A stretch of 64,000 nt of DNA. Source: Octopus vulgaris (taxonomy: Eukaryota). Within the stretch, counting starts at the first letter, position 1. Every line of letters begins with the position of its first letter. Below, in pieces: positions 1 to 13,936 of this stretch. The stretch spans positions 1,798,001 through 1,862,000 of the forward strand of contig OX597817.1 in assembly GCA_951406725.2 (NCBI GenBank). The letters are read 5' to 3'. Made by a program: the position numbers and the translations under genes. The notes beneath the pieces were generated by a model that saw only the letters and a program-made list of their open reading frames with translations, was not told where the DNA came from and did no database searches.

Positions 1-401
1 TAGTTAAGAAAGCAAGAAAACATATTGGTTTGAGGCACACTCATTGGTGGGTGAAGTGTGTGAAGGTAGGGTGGGGACATGGGTGAGTGTGGGACAGAGA
101 AACGGACCTGTTTTTAATGGATGAACGACCCCGAAGTCGCGTAGGGGGAAGTTCGCTGCGTACAGGATGCTGTATGTACTGTAGAGAACACACACACACA
201 CACACACACGTGTGTATATTATATATATGGGGTATACATATGTGTGTTTGTGTATGTATAAATGCATGTATGTATATATGTGTGTGTGTATATATATATA
301 TGCATGTATGTATGTATGTGTATATATATATATTAGATGGAATGAATAAAAACAAAAAAAGACAGCACAGGAGGGATAAGTTTTAACATACATATGAGTG
401 C

Positions 402-438
<37 letters not shown>

Positions 439-712
439 AGTGTATGTAATCTCAGCCGTGTAGATTCACACAAGCACGTACATAAATATTCTCACACATA
501 CACACGCACATATATATTCCTGTAGGCATACACACATACAAGAACTTCATACGGCACACAAAACATTCGGTGCTGGTGAACCCATCTTGTTATGAATGTG
601 TGGGAATGAAGAGATACAGAGGGGTCAAGTGTGTCAGAAATTGGTATCTTGGAGACAAATATCTTGGTGTGCCAACACGTCTATTTGTTCTAAGAGTCTA
701 AGTGAGTTTGAA

Positions 713-766
<54 letters not shown>

Positions 767-943
767 CGTGCTTCTCTATACTTATGTTTGTGTAATTGTA
801 GTTTGTGACTATATGTGCGAAAATATTTTTCTTTAGTTACGTGGTTTTTGTAGTATGTGTTTTTGCATGAACATGTGGTACTGTCTTTTGGCAGGTTTTC
901 TAGTGCGCTTGCCTTATTACGTATAGTTGTGCTTGTATTTAGG

Positions 944-1012
<69 letters not shown>

Positions 1013-1345
1013 GTCTGTCTGTCAGTCTGTCTGTTTGTCAAGCTATCTATATGTGTGCAAGTGCGTGCGTGATATGTTTGTCTCTCATCGATATATCGAT
1101 AGAAGAGCATCGGCGGCATCCTCAAAGTTTCAGCATGCTTAACCTTCATCTGACTATTCACTGTAAGCTAGCAAGCCAAAAACTTCGAAGTCACTGACAC
1201 CACTATTATTATGTACGCACGTACACACACATGTACAAAGAAAAAAACACACCCACTCAACTTTAAAATGTATATCCAACTATTTTTGAAATAGGAAATG
1301 CAATCTTACATAAATATATATGTATGCATACACTTTATATATATA

Positions 1346-1802
1346 CGAGCAAAACGCCCCCCGTCCAAGGGACGGTGCTGAGTTGTCAAACATTTAAACC
1401 AAAAGTTCTCAAAGCAACTTGTCCGACCATCCCATAGGCCTCTCCTTTGAGAAACACTGATTTAACCTAAATTTCAGACACAAGCAAAAGAAGAAATAAA
1501 GATAGACTTTTTTTCTATTCCAAAGAAAAACGATTTTATTCACACAAATATGCAACCGAAGAGTTTAAAGTACCAGTAAGTGCATCACAACAGCTGATGT
1601 ACTTGCGCGTACAAATGCACGTTCCCACGGCTTTATCGATCACATTCTCACCTGGAATCGATTTTTGTAATTTTTTCATGATTTATACACGCCCTGATAC
1701 CGTCGGTATCCACATATCAAATTTGAGCGCAATCGGATGGAGGATGCCCGAGATCCTTGAAGACACACACACAGACAAACAGAATGGATTTTATATGATA
1801 GA
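1346..1802 (-). mobile_element. Non-autonomous Helitron-like element
   Basis: Minus strand starts TC(TATCATAT) and ends with GC hairpin CCGTCC-CTT-GGACGG followed by CTCG (CTRR-like), inserted between A and T. Internal aaatttgagcgcaatcggatg...acagacaaacag motif is typical of such elements. Confidence 0.55.
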
Positions 1803-2099
1803 TATCTCACTTTGTAAAGTTATCTCTAAGATTTTCTATTGTTAGAGCCAGCACTGAAAGTTTTGATGTTTCGTATACGAATATTTTACTGTAATCAATG
1901 CGATCGACGTTAGAAAAATAGTTAATGGATGTATATAGATATTTCAGGAGTGCTCCATCTTCAGCACCCATTAACCATCCATGAATTCATTGCACAAAAT
2001 AGCCACTATATTTAGCGGTGTATAACGATTGGATATACCCATTGTATATGTTTAATGCATTCTAGGCAACTGCTGGAATGCGGACGTATTAACTGCTCG

Positions 2100-2264
2100 T
2101 AGGCACACCGTATTTCGTTATGCAAACATAATATACTGCGAAATATATTAAAGATTTAGAAGTCAAAATTCTGTCTTGCCTGAGCTAACATAGGTAGGAC
2201 ACAGTATTGACTTATAAGCTCTTAGTAGCATTTTATGGATTCATAAGGAAATACGGTGTCCCTA
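2100..2264. mobile_element. MITE with ~23-bp TIRs, TA-flanked (Tc1/mariner-type)
   Basis: taggcacaccgtatttcgttatg ... cataaggaaatacggtgtcccta are reverse complements with 2 mismatches. Confidence 0.6.
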
Positions 2265-2294
2265 TAAATGAGATTATATATATATATATATATT

Positions 2295-2668
2295 CTTTTA
2301 TGCTTTTATTTGTTTCAGTCATTTGACTGCGACCATGCTGGAACACCGCCTAGAAGTATTTTTGTCGAGCAATTCGACCCCAGGGCTTATTTTATAAGTC
2401 CTAGTACTTATTCTATCGGTCTCTTTGCCGAACCGCTAAGTTAAGGAGAGGTAAACACACCAACACCGGTTGTCAAGCGATGATGGAGGGCCAAACACAG
2501 ACACACGTACACACAAGCGTATACATATAAATACGACGAGCTTCTTTCAGTTTTCATCTACCAGATCCATTCACAAGGCTTTGATCTGCCCGAAGCTAGA
2601 GTAGAAGACGCCCAAGGTTCCACTCAGTGGGATTGAACCCGGAACCATGTGGTGGGGAGGCAAGCTTC
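2295..2668 (-). mobile_element. tRNA-derived SINE family A copy (head truncated)
   Basis: Colinear with copies at 6301-6778 and 40560-40998 (gccgaaccgctaagtt, ctagtacttattctatcggtctc, ccatgctgga tail). Confidence 0.85.
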
Positions 2669-2669
2669 T

Positions 2670-3262
2670 ATTCTTTTACACATTTCAGCCCGAAGGCTGT
2701 GGCCATGCTGGAGCACTGCCGGTGTAATTACTTTTCAATAGCCAATCTTATGCTATTGGCTTTTGTTAAAGAAGTGAGTTCGACACTGCTACCCTCTTTT
2801 GAGTTTCTTGCCGTGATTTAGGTCCATTTGCGACCTTGGATAGCAGGAGGTCAAGTTGTTTCTTGAAAACAAGTACCCCTATACCATGAAGATCACTCTG
2901 GTAATTTGGCAAGGCATTAAATAGCTGTGGGCCCATGAATCCCAAGCTATTGCCGTACATGGTCCTCACTGTAGATGGGATAGCTGGGACCCTTGGAACA
3001 GTGCAGTGATGTTCAGTTCAGGGGCTAGTATAGCTATCAATACCAAAGTTTGGTGTCAGCCCCTCCAGGATCTTCCATTTGCATATCATTGCATACCTCT
3101 CCCGTCTTCGCTCCAGAGAGTAGAATCGTTGCTCTTTCAGTTTCTCCCAGTAGCTCATCTGTTCCATTGATGCAAACTTCCTGGTGTAACACTCACACAG
3201 TAGGATGACCATAGTTGAGGGCAGTAGTCCAGATGGCTGAGTACAAATGGCCTCCATAGAAC
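2670..3262 (-). mobile_element. 5'-truncated CR1-group LINE 3' end
   Basis: Broken ORFs YWEKLKEQRFYSLERRRERYAMICKWKILEG and GPQLFNALP..FKKQLDLLLSKV (RT C-terminal region of CR1-like elements), then tail GGCAGTGCTCCAGCATGGCCACAG. Confidence 0.85.
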
Positions 3263-3414
3263 TAGCATAATTTCAGTTTGGTGGAAGAAGAAAAAAGAAT
3301 TTATAGATTTTTTTGTAGGGGTACAACGTGCTTGTTTAGAACAAAATTGTTCGAATAGAAACAGAAAAAAGAGAAAGAGGGTGTGAACAGAACGTTAATA
3401 TACGGTTGCAGGTA

Positions 3415-3617
3415 AGGCGGCGAATCAGCAGAATCGTTAGCAGACCGAATAAAAGTGCTTAAAGGCATTCCGTCCGTCCTTACGTTCTGAGTCTAAATTC
3501 CGCTGAGATCGACTTTGCCTTTAATCCTTTCGAGGTTGATAAAATAAGTACCAGCTGAGCACAGGGGTCAATGTAATCGACTTTACACCAAAACTGCTGG
3601 CCTTGTGGCAAAATTTT
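3415..3617 (+). mobile_element. SINE family B copy
   Basis: ggcggcga..gcagaatcgttagc head, gagt(t)caaattcc B-box-like segment, core gactttgcctttcatcctttc..gtcgataaaataagtaccag; many copies in the window. Confidence 0.8.
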
Positions 3618-4044
3618 GTGGTCGTTGCATGTTGGTGTATCAAGATTTTCCAATCAATAAAACGGTTTTCGTAATGGAGTCTAAGGTACTTTTGTAAGTA
3701 GTAGTAGTAGTAGTAGTAGTAGTAGATGCACCCCAGTGTATGTGTCCAATACTATGGTAATGGCCAATGATATGCCTTGTAGAATACCAACAGCAGTCGG
3801 AAGGAGACCGACATCTTTGGAAGGCAAAATGTTGCACTTGTTATTTGCTTCCTATTTCATTGTTTTTTATTCTCGTTTCACGTTTTTCTTTATTTCTGTT
3901 TTCTGCTCCGTTCATGTTTTGCTGCTTCAACATCTTTCTTTTCTATTCCTTCTTCCTAATTTCTTCTCTCTTTCGTCTCCTACCACTTTCTTCTTCTTCT
4001 TCTTCTTATTATTATTATTGTTATTATTATTATTATTATTATTA

Positions 4045-4076
<32 letters not shown>

Positions 4077-4841
4077 CGTCAATATATTCACTTCAGTATC
4101 CACCTATTTTATATCCTCTATTTCCTTCTTCTTTGCCTTTATCCACCTCCTCCTGCCCCTCCTCCTCTTCTTCTTTCTCCAACATTCTCTTCTGCACTCC
4201 AGATCTCTCTCTTTCTCCCTCTCTCCATACTTCACTAAGTCCCATCTAGTGTCGGTGCCGCCACACCAATATTTGGTGGGAGACATTTTGTCGCGTACAA
4301 ATAATGGCATATAATTATTTCAGACGTGGAAGTCGGCGACGGGAAGAGGTGGTCGGGGTAACCAATTGCCATTTATTCCTTATTTATTTTCATTCATATA
4401 ATGCTTGTATATTTATTTATCTTATTCTAAGATCTTTTTTTTAAAATTATAATTCGGTATATCTCCGTTTTTCTGTATTTGCTTTTAATGGGAGGCGAGT
4501 AGGTATAAATTTGTTTTAAAGTAAACAAAAGCGAAACTTATAATTATTATTGTTATTATTACTTTTATCGTTGTGTATCATCTGATATCCAGCAACGATT
4601 TAAAAGATTTAAGACGAAACAGGCGTCTGCGTTTGGTGAGGTGGCCACAGAAAGACAAGGAAAAGCTGAGAAAAAATAAGACACAAGCATTTAATGTATG
4701 TATGTATGTACGTACGTACGTATGTATGTATGTATGTATGTATGTATGTATGTATGTATGTATGTATGTATGTATGTATGTATGTATGTATGTATGTATG
4801 TACGTACGTATGTATGTATGTATGTATGCATGTATGTATGT

Positions 4842-4924
4842 AGGCATGACTGGGCGGTAAAGAAGCTTGCTTCCCAACCACATGGTTCCGGGTCCAGTCC
4901 CATTGCGTGGCACCTTGGGCAAGA
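4842..4924 (+). mobile_element. SINE family A head fragment (Pol III A/B boxes)
   Basis: aagcttgcttcccaaccacatggttccgggtccagtcccattgcgtggcaccttgggcaag matches the heads of the other family A copies. Confidence 0.75.
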
Positions 4925-4937
4925 TAAAAAGTGCACA

Positions 4938-4991
<54 letters not shown>

Positions 4992-5159
4992 CATATATGT
5001 GAATAAATATCATTATGTTTTTCGAACGGAAATATTTCTTTTGCGAAAAGCAATAAACAGAGAACTCAATGAAAATAATAATAAAAGCTATATATTGATA
5101 AAATATGGTGTATATTTCATATCTTTTCTGAATATTATTGCACTTCTAGCAGTCAGACA

Positions 5160-5560
5160 CCCATAAAAACATATTGATAGGTGATATCTTATCAGTGGAC
5201 ATTTGAGAGAATTTTACTGTTTCTCCACAATATATGTACTGTAGTGAAGAAACAACTTGTGTACAGAAACAACTGAAGACACAATTCAAATACGATCGAA
5301 AGTCTTTACAAGGCAGTTCGAATCATCAAAATCAACATAAAAATAGAATTTCAAATAAACTCTAGAAATAGCATCTGACCTATTACAGTAATTATATGGA
5401 TATTTCGCAGTTATAGTAAATATATTTCTTTTGGGAGAAGCGATCTGCAAAGAGCTCAATAAAAAAAGAAATCGGATTTAAAACAATAACAATACTGTAA
5501 GTACAGCTAAATGGAGGAGACACTTCACTCTAAATCTGATCTTTCTACGGTTACTGTGCT
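5160..5560 (+). pseudogene. Highly decayed Penelope-like GIY-YIG endonuclease remnant
   Basis: Frameshifted translation resembles TTEDT/FK..R, then IW(I), Y and a C-x-L-C-like segment of the PLE endonuclease C-terminus; weak. Confidence 0.3.
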
Positions 5561-5981
5561 CTCTAGTAACTTGCTTTACCTTAGACAACTTTTCTTACAT
5601 AAAAACGAATTCTGTGTCGCCATAGTTACTTTAACAACACATGATTGTTAATTTGAATTACTAAAGTTTTCCACAAAAATGTCTGGAGAAGATACACATT
5701 TACTTCATTATGCAGATCGATTTTAATTTTCAAGTATCTCTCGAGTAGATTATATACATACTGTATATGTATGTGTGTGTGTGTGTGTGTGTGTAGTGTG
5801 TCTTGTGTACAAGTAGAACAGATGTGCTAGTGATAAATTTAGTGCTTTACGTGGTCCCTCATCGTGCAGTCTGCTTTTTAGTATAGTGGTTAATTTACTA
5901 CTATATCTAGTAGTATTGCTAAGTATAAAATACAGTTCAAATATAGGAGAAACTACGATAAGCACAAGTTTATATAATTCA

Positions 5982-6076
5982 TTCCTAGGTATGTTTCGCC
6001 ATTGTGACAGTTTGGAACCCTGCATTGGATGCTTCAAGTGCAATTGGGTGCTTAACTACAGCGGAGCATCGGGGAT
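5982..6076 (-). ncRNA. Degenerate type I hammerhead motif, long-stem-II family
   Basis: Minus strand TCC-CCGATGC-[~70 nt]-GGC-GAAA-CATACC-TA-GGA; internal sequence homologous to 11373-11474; core mutated. Confidence 0.4.
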
Positions 6077-6300
6077 CCAGTTATCACATTATATTACAGA
6101 GCTACTCAATGTCTTGGAACATTGAATGCAAAGTCTCAAGCAATCACAAAGGTGGTAGTGCAATAATTTACTTTTGTCTTAGGCGTATTCTTATGCCTTG
6201 TATAAGATCCATTTAACATTTAACCGCTGACGTAACCAATCACTGGCTACGTTTATATTTATTGTTAAGCGTGAACCCAAACGTTGAGTTTTGCAATATT

Positions 6301-6567
6301 ACTCTCTTTTAGCTCTTTTACTTGTTTCAGTCATTTTACTGTGACCATGCTGGAGCACCGCCTTTAGTCGAGCAAATCCATCCCAAGACTTATTCTTTCT
6401 AAGCCTAGTACTTATTCAATCGGTCTCTTTTGCCGAACCGCTAAGTTACGGGGACGTAAACACACCAGCATCGGTTGTCAAGCGATGTTGGGGGTACAAA
6501 CACAGACACATAAACATATACACACGCATACATATATATATATATACGAAACTGAAAGAAGCTCGTC

Positions 6568-6617
<50 letters not shown>

Positions 6618-6778
6618 GACGGTCTTCTTTCAGTTTCGTCTACTAAATCCACTCACAAGGCTTTGGTCGGCCCGAAGCTATAGTAGAAAACACTTGCCCA
6701 AGGTGCCGCGCAGTGGGAATGAACCCAGAACCATGTGGTTGGTAAGCAAGCTACTTACAACACAGCCACTCCTGCGCC
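6301..6778 (-). mobile_element. Full-length tRNA-derived SINE family A with internal (TA)n
   Basis: Head ggcgcaggagtggctgtgttgtaag (A box)..ggttcattccc (B box), central TA microsatellite, 3' tail GGCGGTGCTCCAGCATGGTCACAG..GAAACAAGTAAAAGAG. Confidence 0.9.
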
Positions 6779-7415
6779 ATTTTGGCGATTGTTCTTTGAT
6801 TCTTTTGTTTGTTTTACTCATCAAGGCCAATGTGCCAGTGGACTGTCTTTAATTGGTTTGCTAGATTTAGAGATAACTGATGAATAGATAGTCTGACATA
6901 GTGATAGCAATATAATGTAAGCGAGATAGAGAGAACTAAAGACAGGGGGGATTGTATGCAAAGAGAAATAAATAATTAGATATATCAATCTATATACACA
7001 GGCAGCGATTCTACTTATAATAACTAAATGACTGCACAATTTATTTCGTTAATCATTTAATTGAACAAAATGACGGCCTTATGGCAATCAAGTACATTTT
7101 GATTTGCTGATGCTTTGATCAATTTTGATTGAGCATCCTAATCTTTGAGCATTCTAGCCTTGATTATTATATCTTTTTTTTTCTTTCAGAGCATCTGGTA
7201 TTATGATTCTCCAACAGTGCCCCACGATGCAATGGCGAATCATAAGGGATATCTAAGAACGCTGCAAGTTATAAAAATATAATATAAAGCTTTAGAAAAT
7301 CTATATTAATGCGTTGAAGTTTGAAAAAAAATGTGTTATTCATAATTTTACTGCAACGATTGTTGTTAATGAAACAAAGTAAGCAATAGTTTTCAGAAAT
7401 AATTTCCTAAAATAA

Positions 7416-7626
7416 AGCGGCGAGTTGACAGAATTGTAAGCGCACCGGGTAAAATGCTTTGCTGCTTTTCGTCCAATTTTACGTTCTGTAGTTCAAATTC
7501 CACCGAGGTCGACTTTGCTTACCATGTTTCGGAGTCGATTAAATAATTACCAGTTGAGCACTGGGATCGATCTGTTCGATTTGCCCCCGTCCCTGAAATT
7601 ACTGGCCTTGTGCCAAAATTTGAAAC
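7416..7626 (+). mobile_element. SINE family B copy
   Basis: Colinear with 3415-3617 and 46745-46975. Confidence 0.8.
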
Positions 7627-7867
7627 TGACATTTTTTCCTAAAATATATTATAAAATTTGTTTTCTCCGGGACGCTAAGTTTCGCTTGCTACTTTATAAA
7701 ACCAGTCTAAATAGCAGTCTTTCAGTAACATTCACACCAAACTGGTAAGCTATCACAGAAAACTTGAAGTTTCAGTCAAAACAAATCTTATAAATTTGAC
7801 TCTACAGTGTGTATTGAATCTCGTCGCCAGTACAAGTTCTGCTGTTATTCTCGAGCTTGCTTTATAA

Positions 7868-8132
7868 TCCTTTCTACCATAGGCATAATTCTAAAATTTG
7901 GGTGAAGAGGATGGTCAATTACATCGACCCCAATGCTCGAATGTTACTTATTTTATCGACCTCAAAAGCATTTTGTTCGGCGCGCTAAACGTTCTGTCAG
8001 CTCGCCGCCTTTCTATTACAGGCACAAGGCTTGAAATTTGGGATGGACAAACTAGTCAGTTTTATCAACCTCATTGCTCAACTTTATCGACCCCGGAATG
8101 ATAAAAGGCAAAGTCAACCTCGGAAGAATTGA
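7868..8132 (-). mobile_element. Two partial SINE family B copies
   Basis: Reverse-complement matches (tttatcgacccc..aaaggcaaagtcaacctcgg; cagctcgccgcc). Confidence 0.7.
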
Positions 8133-9051
8133 CTAATCTAAATACTACCGTATAGTCTAAATACTTACATCATCACTAACACCATCTACTCAACTGGTGA
8201 AATGAGCAGTTGTCAGACTTAAAAGTTCCTATCAGACCGAATTTTATGATAAATTTGACTCCAACAGTCCATATTGAATTTTCTCGTCGGTCTAAATCCC
8301 TTTGTTATTTTCAAGCTCACTTTATAATGAAAATGTTAACATTTACTTTAAACCATACTTTCTTCTAGCGTTCCACGCATGTGCTCCAGCAACATTTAAA
8401 AAACTTCATATAACTGCATTTGCACACATCACTGCTTAGCGCTCCTACCCCCTAAAAAGATTGGTTACTTCTGGCCCCTAAAAAGATTGGTTACTTCTGG
8501 CCTAGAACCTTCATCAACTTGTTAAGAAAGTTAGGGGTTAATTTAAGGAAGATTTGACCCCAAATTTGTAACATACAAGCAACCACATGAAAGCCGCTAC
8601 AATGATTTGATGCTGGTGGTTTTGGTGGTGATATTACGGGTGGGTAGGTATTGTTTAGGCCAAAGTTCACTATCTCACCAGTCCCAAATGGCAACTCTCT
8701 CTTTCATCCTTACTTCCTCTTTTCCTTCCTTATCTCACCTTTTCGCATTTTCTACACTAACTAGCTTTTTCAAATGATCCCTTTTCTTGTCGGTGGCTTA
8801 TGATAATTTTCTAGCTTCTAAGCAAATCTTTAAGAGACAGAGAAAGAGAGAAGGGGAGAGAGAGAGAGAGCGGGGAGAAATAGAAAGGGAATGAGCGAGA
8901 GAGGATGGGGAAGGACAGAAGTGGAAGACAGAAGTGGATCGACAGGCGCCAAAGTCGCGCCGCCATAAACTTCATCTATGGTGATTATGGTCGTAGTTAT
9001 TGCTGCAGTTGTTTTTGTTGCTGTTGTTGTTCTTATGCTGCTGCTTATTGT

Positions 9052-9947
<896 letters not shown>

Positions 9948-11252
9948 ATTGCTGGTGTTGTTTTTCTTCTACTTTCACTGTTTTTTTTTGTTTTGTTTGT
10001 GTGTTCTGTTGTTACTTTGTTAGATCTATTATTATCTTTCTTATTTGTCAATCTCCAAAACTCAAAGACCCTCCACTATCTCCCCCATCCCTCCCCTACC
10101 ACTCAGCAGTTTCTTCACAAGACCACCGTCACAATCACTGTCCTTAAACACTTTTCTTAACATTTGCTTATCTTACAACCTTCTTCTTGCCACTCTATCT
10201 CCGCATCTACCCCCTCCCATACAAACACCACTACCACCACTATAACCACCACTAAAACCACCACCACCACCACCACCACCACTACCATCATTCATCTCCG
10301 TCTTCATCTACCTAGTCATTCATTTTGTTAATTTTATATTCTCTTCACAGCAACATCCCGTACCCTCTGTTTCAACTAGTTTGGCCTTTACGTGGACATT
10401 TCACTTGCTAGACAAAGCAGCAAAAATCAACCAACAATTTTAAGTGAGGAAAAATATCATTATATAACCTAATGCAGCACACTCCAAAAAAAGAGGGACG
10501 ATCAGTAGTGACCCGGATGAAACAGTAGACAACGTCGTCGTTCGGCCCCTATTCCTAACTGCAACCACATTTCTTACATAGAGGATTTTGGTATCCTATA
10601 AGACCGAATTCATTGTCAAAGAATGTAAGACTTTGTTATTTTTAGTTCTTGAAATTTATTAAAACACTGATCAAAGTTCGTTGTTGACAGGTTTTAGGTT
10701 GTTGATTTGCGCATGTGACCTTGAATGTGTGTGTATATACTTATAATTATGCTCTCGCACGCACGCGCGCGCATGCACACACATTTAGATTACTACAATT
10801 GACAAAACGTGTACCTATTTTGCTGACTTATGGATACCTAGCCGACTGCGCGTAAACACACACACACATTCTTCAACCGAATACACGTCGTTGATTGGTT
10901 GAAATTACCCAAATACCACAACTTTAACACGAAATAACTTCTAAAATACGAAATTTGGTCAAAAACGTTCAGAATAAACCGTGTTCTATGTGCGAAATTT
11001 TATCAGTATTCGAAGTTTCAAACTGCTTAATTAGAAAAAATTAATTACAACATCTGTGATTGATATGGAACAAATCCCTTTTCATTAATGGCAAGTCAGT
11101 TTCGGAGAATCCTAGAAGTTCCTGAGATAATCTCCTTTCCTAATTTTCATTAGTTGCAATTACCACATGGAATTTGTTTACTTTTGTTTTGTAGTTAAAA
11201 TGGTTTCAATAAGTCAAGAATTATCTCGTACGGCATTTGATATTCGTCTTGG

Positions 11253-11286
<34 letters not shown>

Positions 11287-11372
11287 TGTATGTATGTATG
11301 TATGTATGCATGCATGCATGCATGCATGTATGTATGTATATGGGAAATTACAATAAACACATTTATGTCATT

Positions 11373-11474
11373 AGTTCTTACCTAAGTGTCACAATTACGA
11401 TTGCCTAGAACCATGCATTGGATGCTCCAAAAGCATTTGGATGTTTAACCAAAACTGATCATCATCAGAGAACT
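11373..11474 (-). ncRNA. Type I hammerhead-like motif with ~70-nt stem II insert
   Basis: Minus strand AGTTCT-CTGATGA-[insert]-GACA-CTTAGG-TA-AGAACT: perfect 6-bp stem I and CUGAUGA box; GAAA box mutated to GACA. Confidence 0.55.
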
Positions 11475-11544
11475 CTTTATTGCGTTAAGTTACAGAGAAC
11501 TACATATGTCGCAGAAAATGAAGCATGAACTCGAACGTGGAAAA

Positions 11545-11845
11545 ACTGTGAAAACAGCTTAGAAGAATAGCTGTGAAAACAGCTTAGCAGTGAAAACAGC
11601 TTAGCAGTGAAAACAGTCTAACTGTGAAAAAAGGTTAGCTTTGAAAAAAAAATGCTCTTACAATCCAGAATCTATTATTTAACCTTATAATAGAAAGTAT
11701 TTGTTGCCATGGGCTGCTTAGCTTAATTGTACGGAGTATTCAGCTGGGATTTGAGAGGTACAGGGTTCGGTTCTTTGTGGCGGCCAGTTTTTTCTCCGTC
11801 TTCTGGGTGTATTTATCTAATCTTCTAAGCAGTTTTCACAGCTAC
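11545..11845. repeat. 17-bp tandem repeat (gtgaaaacagcttagca, about 5 copies) with an inverted copy ~200 bp downstream
   Basis: Tandem units at 11545-11650; ttctaagcagttttcacagcta at 11822-11843 is the reverse complement of tagctgtgaaaacagcttag. Confidence 0.75.
11712..11786 (+). pseudogene. Degenerate tRNA-like cloverleaf (anticodon loop CTGGGAT) followed by a T-run
   Basis: Acceptor GGCTGCT/GGCGGCC, D stem GCTT/GAGT, anticodon stem TTCAG/TTGAG, T stem CAGGG/CTTTG with TTCGGTT loop. Many G-U pairs and a 1-nt bulge; gtttttt follows. Confidence 0.5.
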
Positions 11846-12254
11846 TCTGCGATAGAGATTTACTTTATTTTCTTTAAAATATATATATAATTACAGTCAA
11901 ACATATACAGATACCCATACACATATTATATACACGTATACGTAAATTTTGACAGTATGCATACACACTCAATGCATACCACTCACATGACCTGAGATGC
12001 ATGAAGTAACATAGATATAGCGAAAATTAGTAAACTGCTACTAATGCTGAAAAAAGATTGTAAAAGTGTGATAACTAGATGAGTGAAAAAGTAAGATGGG
12101 TACAGCGCATATGTGAAAGAGTAAGCTAGAGACTAAGTGAACGAGCGTAGACATGCCCAAACAAGACATTATACTAAAACAAGTCTTTCGATACAGCAAA
12201 ATTGACAATACACTTTACGATATAAATATCCTGAGATACACGGAAATAAGAGGG

Positions 12255-12332
12255 ATAGAGAGAGGGGGAGGGGGAAGAGAGAGAGGGGGAGGGGGAAGAG
12301 AGAGAGGGGGAGGGGGAAGAGAGAGAGGGGGA
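12255..12332. repeat. Pure-purine 21-bp tandem repeat (GGGGGAGGGGGAAGAGAGAGA)x3
   Basis: Directly visible; seven G5 runs. Confidence 0.9.
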
Positions 12333-13149
12333 GATTAGATACTAAGATGGAAACAAACAATGAATGTGATATATTGATAGGACTTAGAAGAGCGAGATAA
12401 ACAGAGTGTGTGGTCAATGGAAGACAAAGACCAGTAGAGGATAATAGATAGATAGACAGACAGAGTTCACTTTGCCTAATATGGTGTTGTAAAAAGTACT
12501 TCGCTATGTTTCTGCATTCGGACAGACTGCATAGCATCTTCAATAAAGGCTTTCTATGTACATTTCATACACGACACACATATAAACAATTATGTCATTT
12601 TCTTAACGGAATTCAATAGTCCAGTACAATAGATATCGTGCGGATATATTGTATGAAACCTATGGTATCTTGACAGAAATTATTGATTATATACACAATT
12701 TTAGCGTTGATAAAACATTCTTCCAGTTGTCATATACATACATACAGACATACATACATACATACATACATACACACATATACACACACACACGCACGCG
12801 CGCGCACACGCACACACACACATATATATATTATTCAAACGTAAACGACATATAAAACCTTTCATCATCAGTCTGCTGTATCTCAGTTGACCTTGCGTTT
12901 CAACAAGGACAACCGCAAAATTTTCCAGCCAGTGCAGAATCCTCTCAGTATTTCTGAACCCTTCTTTTGTCATTTACTTTCTCAGATTGATGTATTACAC
13001 TATTCACCCTCTTCCAACTAAAAATATACACTACACAATCTCTGAATAAAAATCAATGTCAGTAATAAAAAGTTATCTTAAAGGTAGCAGGTTAGCACTA
13101 GTCCATATGTATGTATGAATATGTATAGCCTGGATATTTGTCTGTCTGC

Positions 13150-13184
<35 letters not shown>

Positions 13185-13936
13185 TGTGTCTGTGTGTGTG
13201 TCTGTGTGCGTTCGTGCGTGTATTTATGAGTTGCATTCATGTGTGTGAATGTGTGCGTACGTTTGTACACACTCATACTCTCAATGAAGAATAGAACCTT
13301 TTGAGTTTTTTTTTTTAAACATCTAGCATTGAGTTAAGATAACAGTGAATGCGAAGAGTCACACGTCAAGTATGGCTGTAAGTACTTGATCACCTAATAG
13401 ACTATTGTGATTTCGACTCTCCATAGAATGTTCTCAGGCCCAGTGTGTAAGTGAGTCACGTGGTCTTATTCCGATGTATACACTTCATAATCATTTCTGT
13501 TCACACAATTGTCTCCGTACATTGCCTTAAATTTTATTATGTCTCTTTACTAAATTCAAATCCTGATAGAACCGTCTTAGTGATAGTTTTTGGTCTTCCA
13601 CTAATGTAATATGTTAATATCAATATAAACAAAATATGAAGCTATAACGTAGAAATTGTTAGAATATATAACACCAGGTCGTATTACAAATAGTTAGTTA
13701 TTAATTAATATAGATTGACCTTTCCCAAATGAACCACAATTGAATATATTAGCTATCATTCATACTGAGCTGGGAAGAGCTGCTTTTACCATTTCCAACT
13801 CTTTGTTCTGCACTCTTCATGAACGTAATCCGAACGAAAACAAGCAAGGAATATTGTGAAATGTGAAAACAATATAACAAAAGGAAAAAGTACAACAAAA
13901 ACAACAAACAAACAAAAAACGAGAATCACAACTCAC

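Noticed and set aside
8491-8694. Minus-strand ORF containing PASNHC, checked as the BMP3 last exon
   Set aside because: Lacks NHA..CC..CxC cysteines.
8943-8966. GGCGCC/GCCGCC Smad-like motifs (also near 4255-4345 and 35037-35053)
   Set aside because: Short motifs with no conservation data, and the spacing to GTCT does not fit the canonical composite element.
11545-11650. Repeat array superficially like CRISPR
   Set aside because: Eukaryotic context, contiguous 17-bp units without unique spacers, no cas genes.
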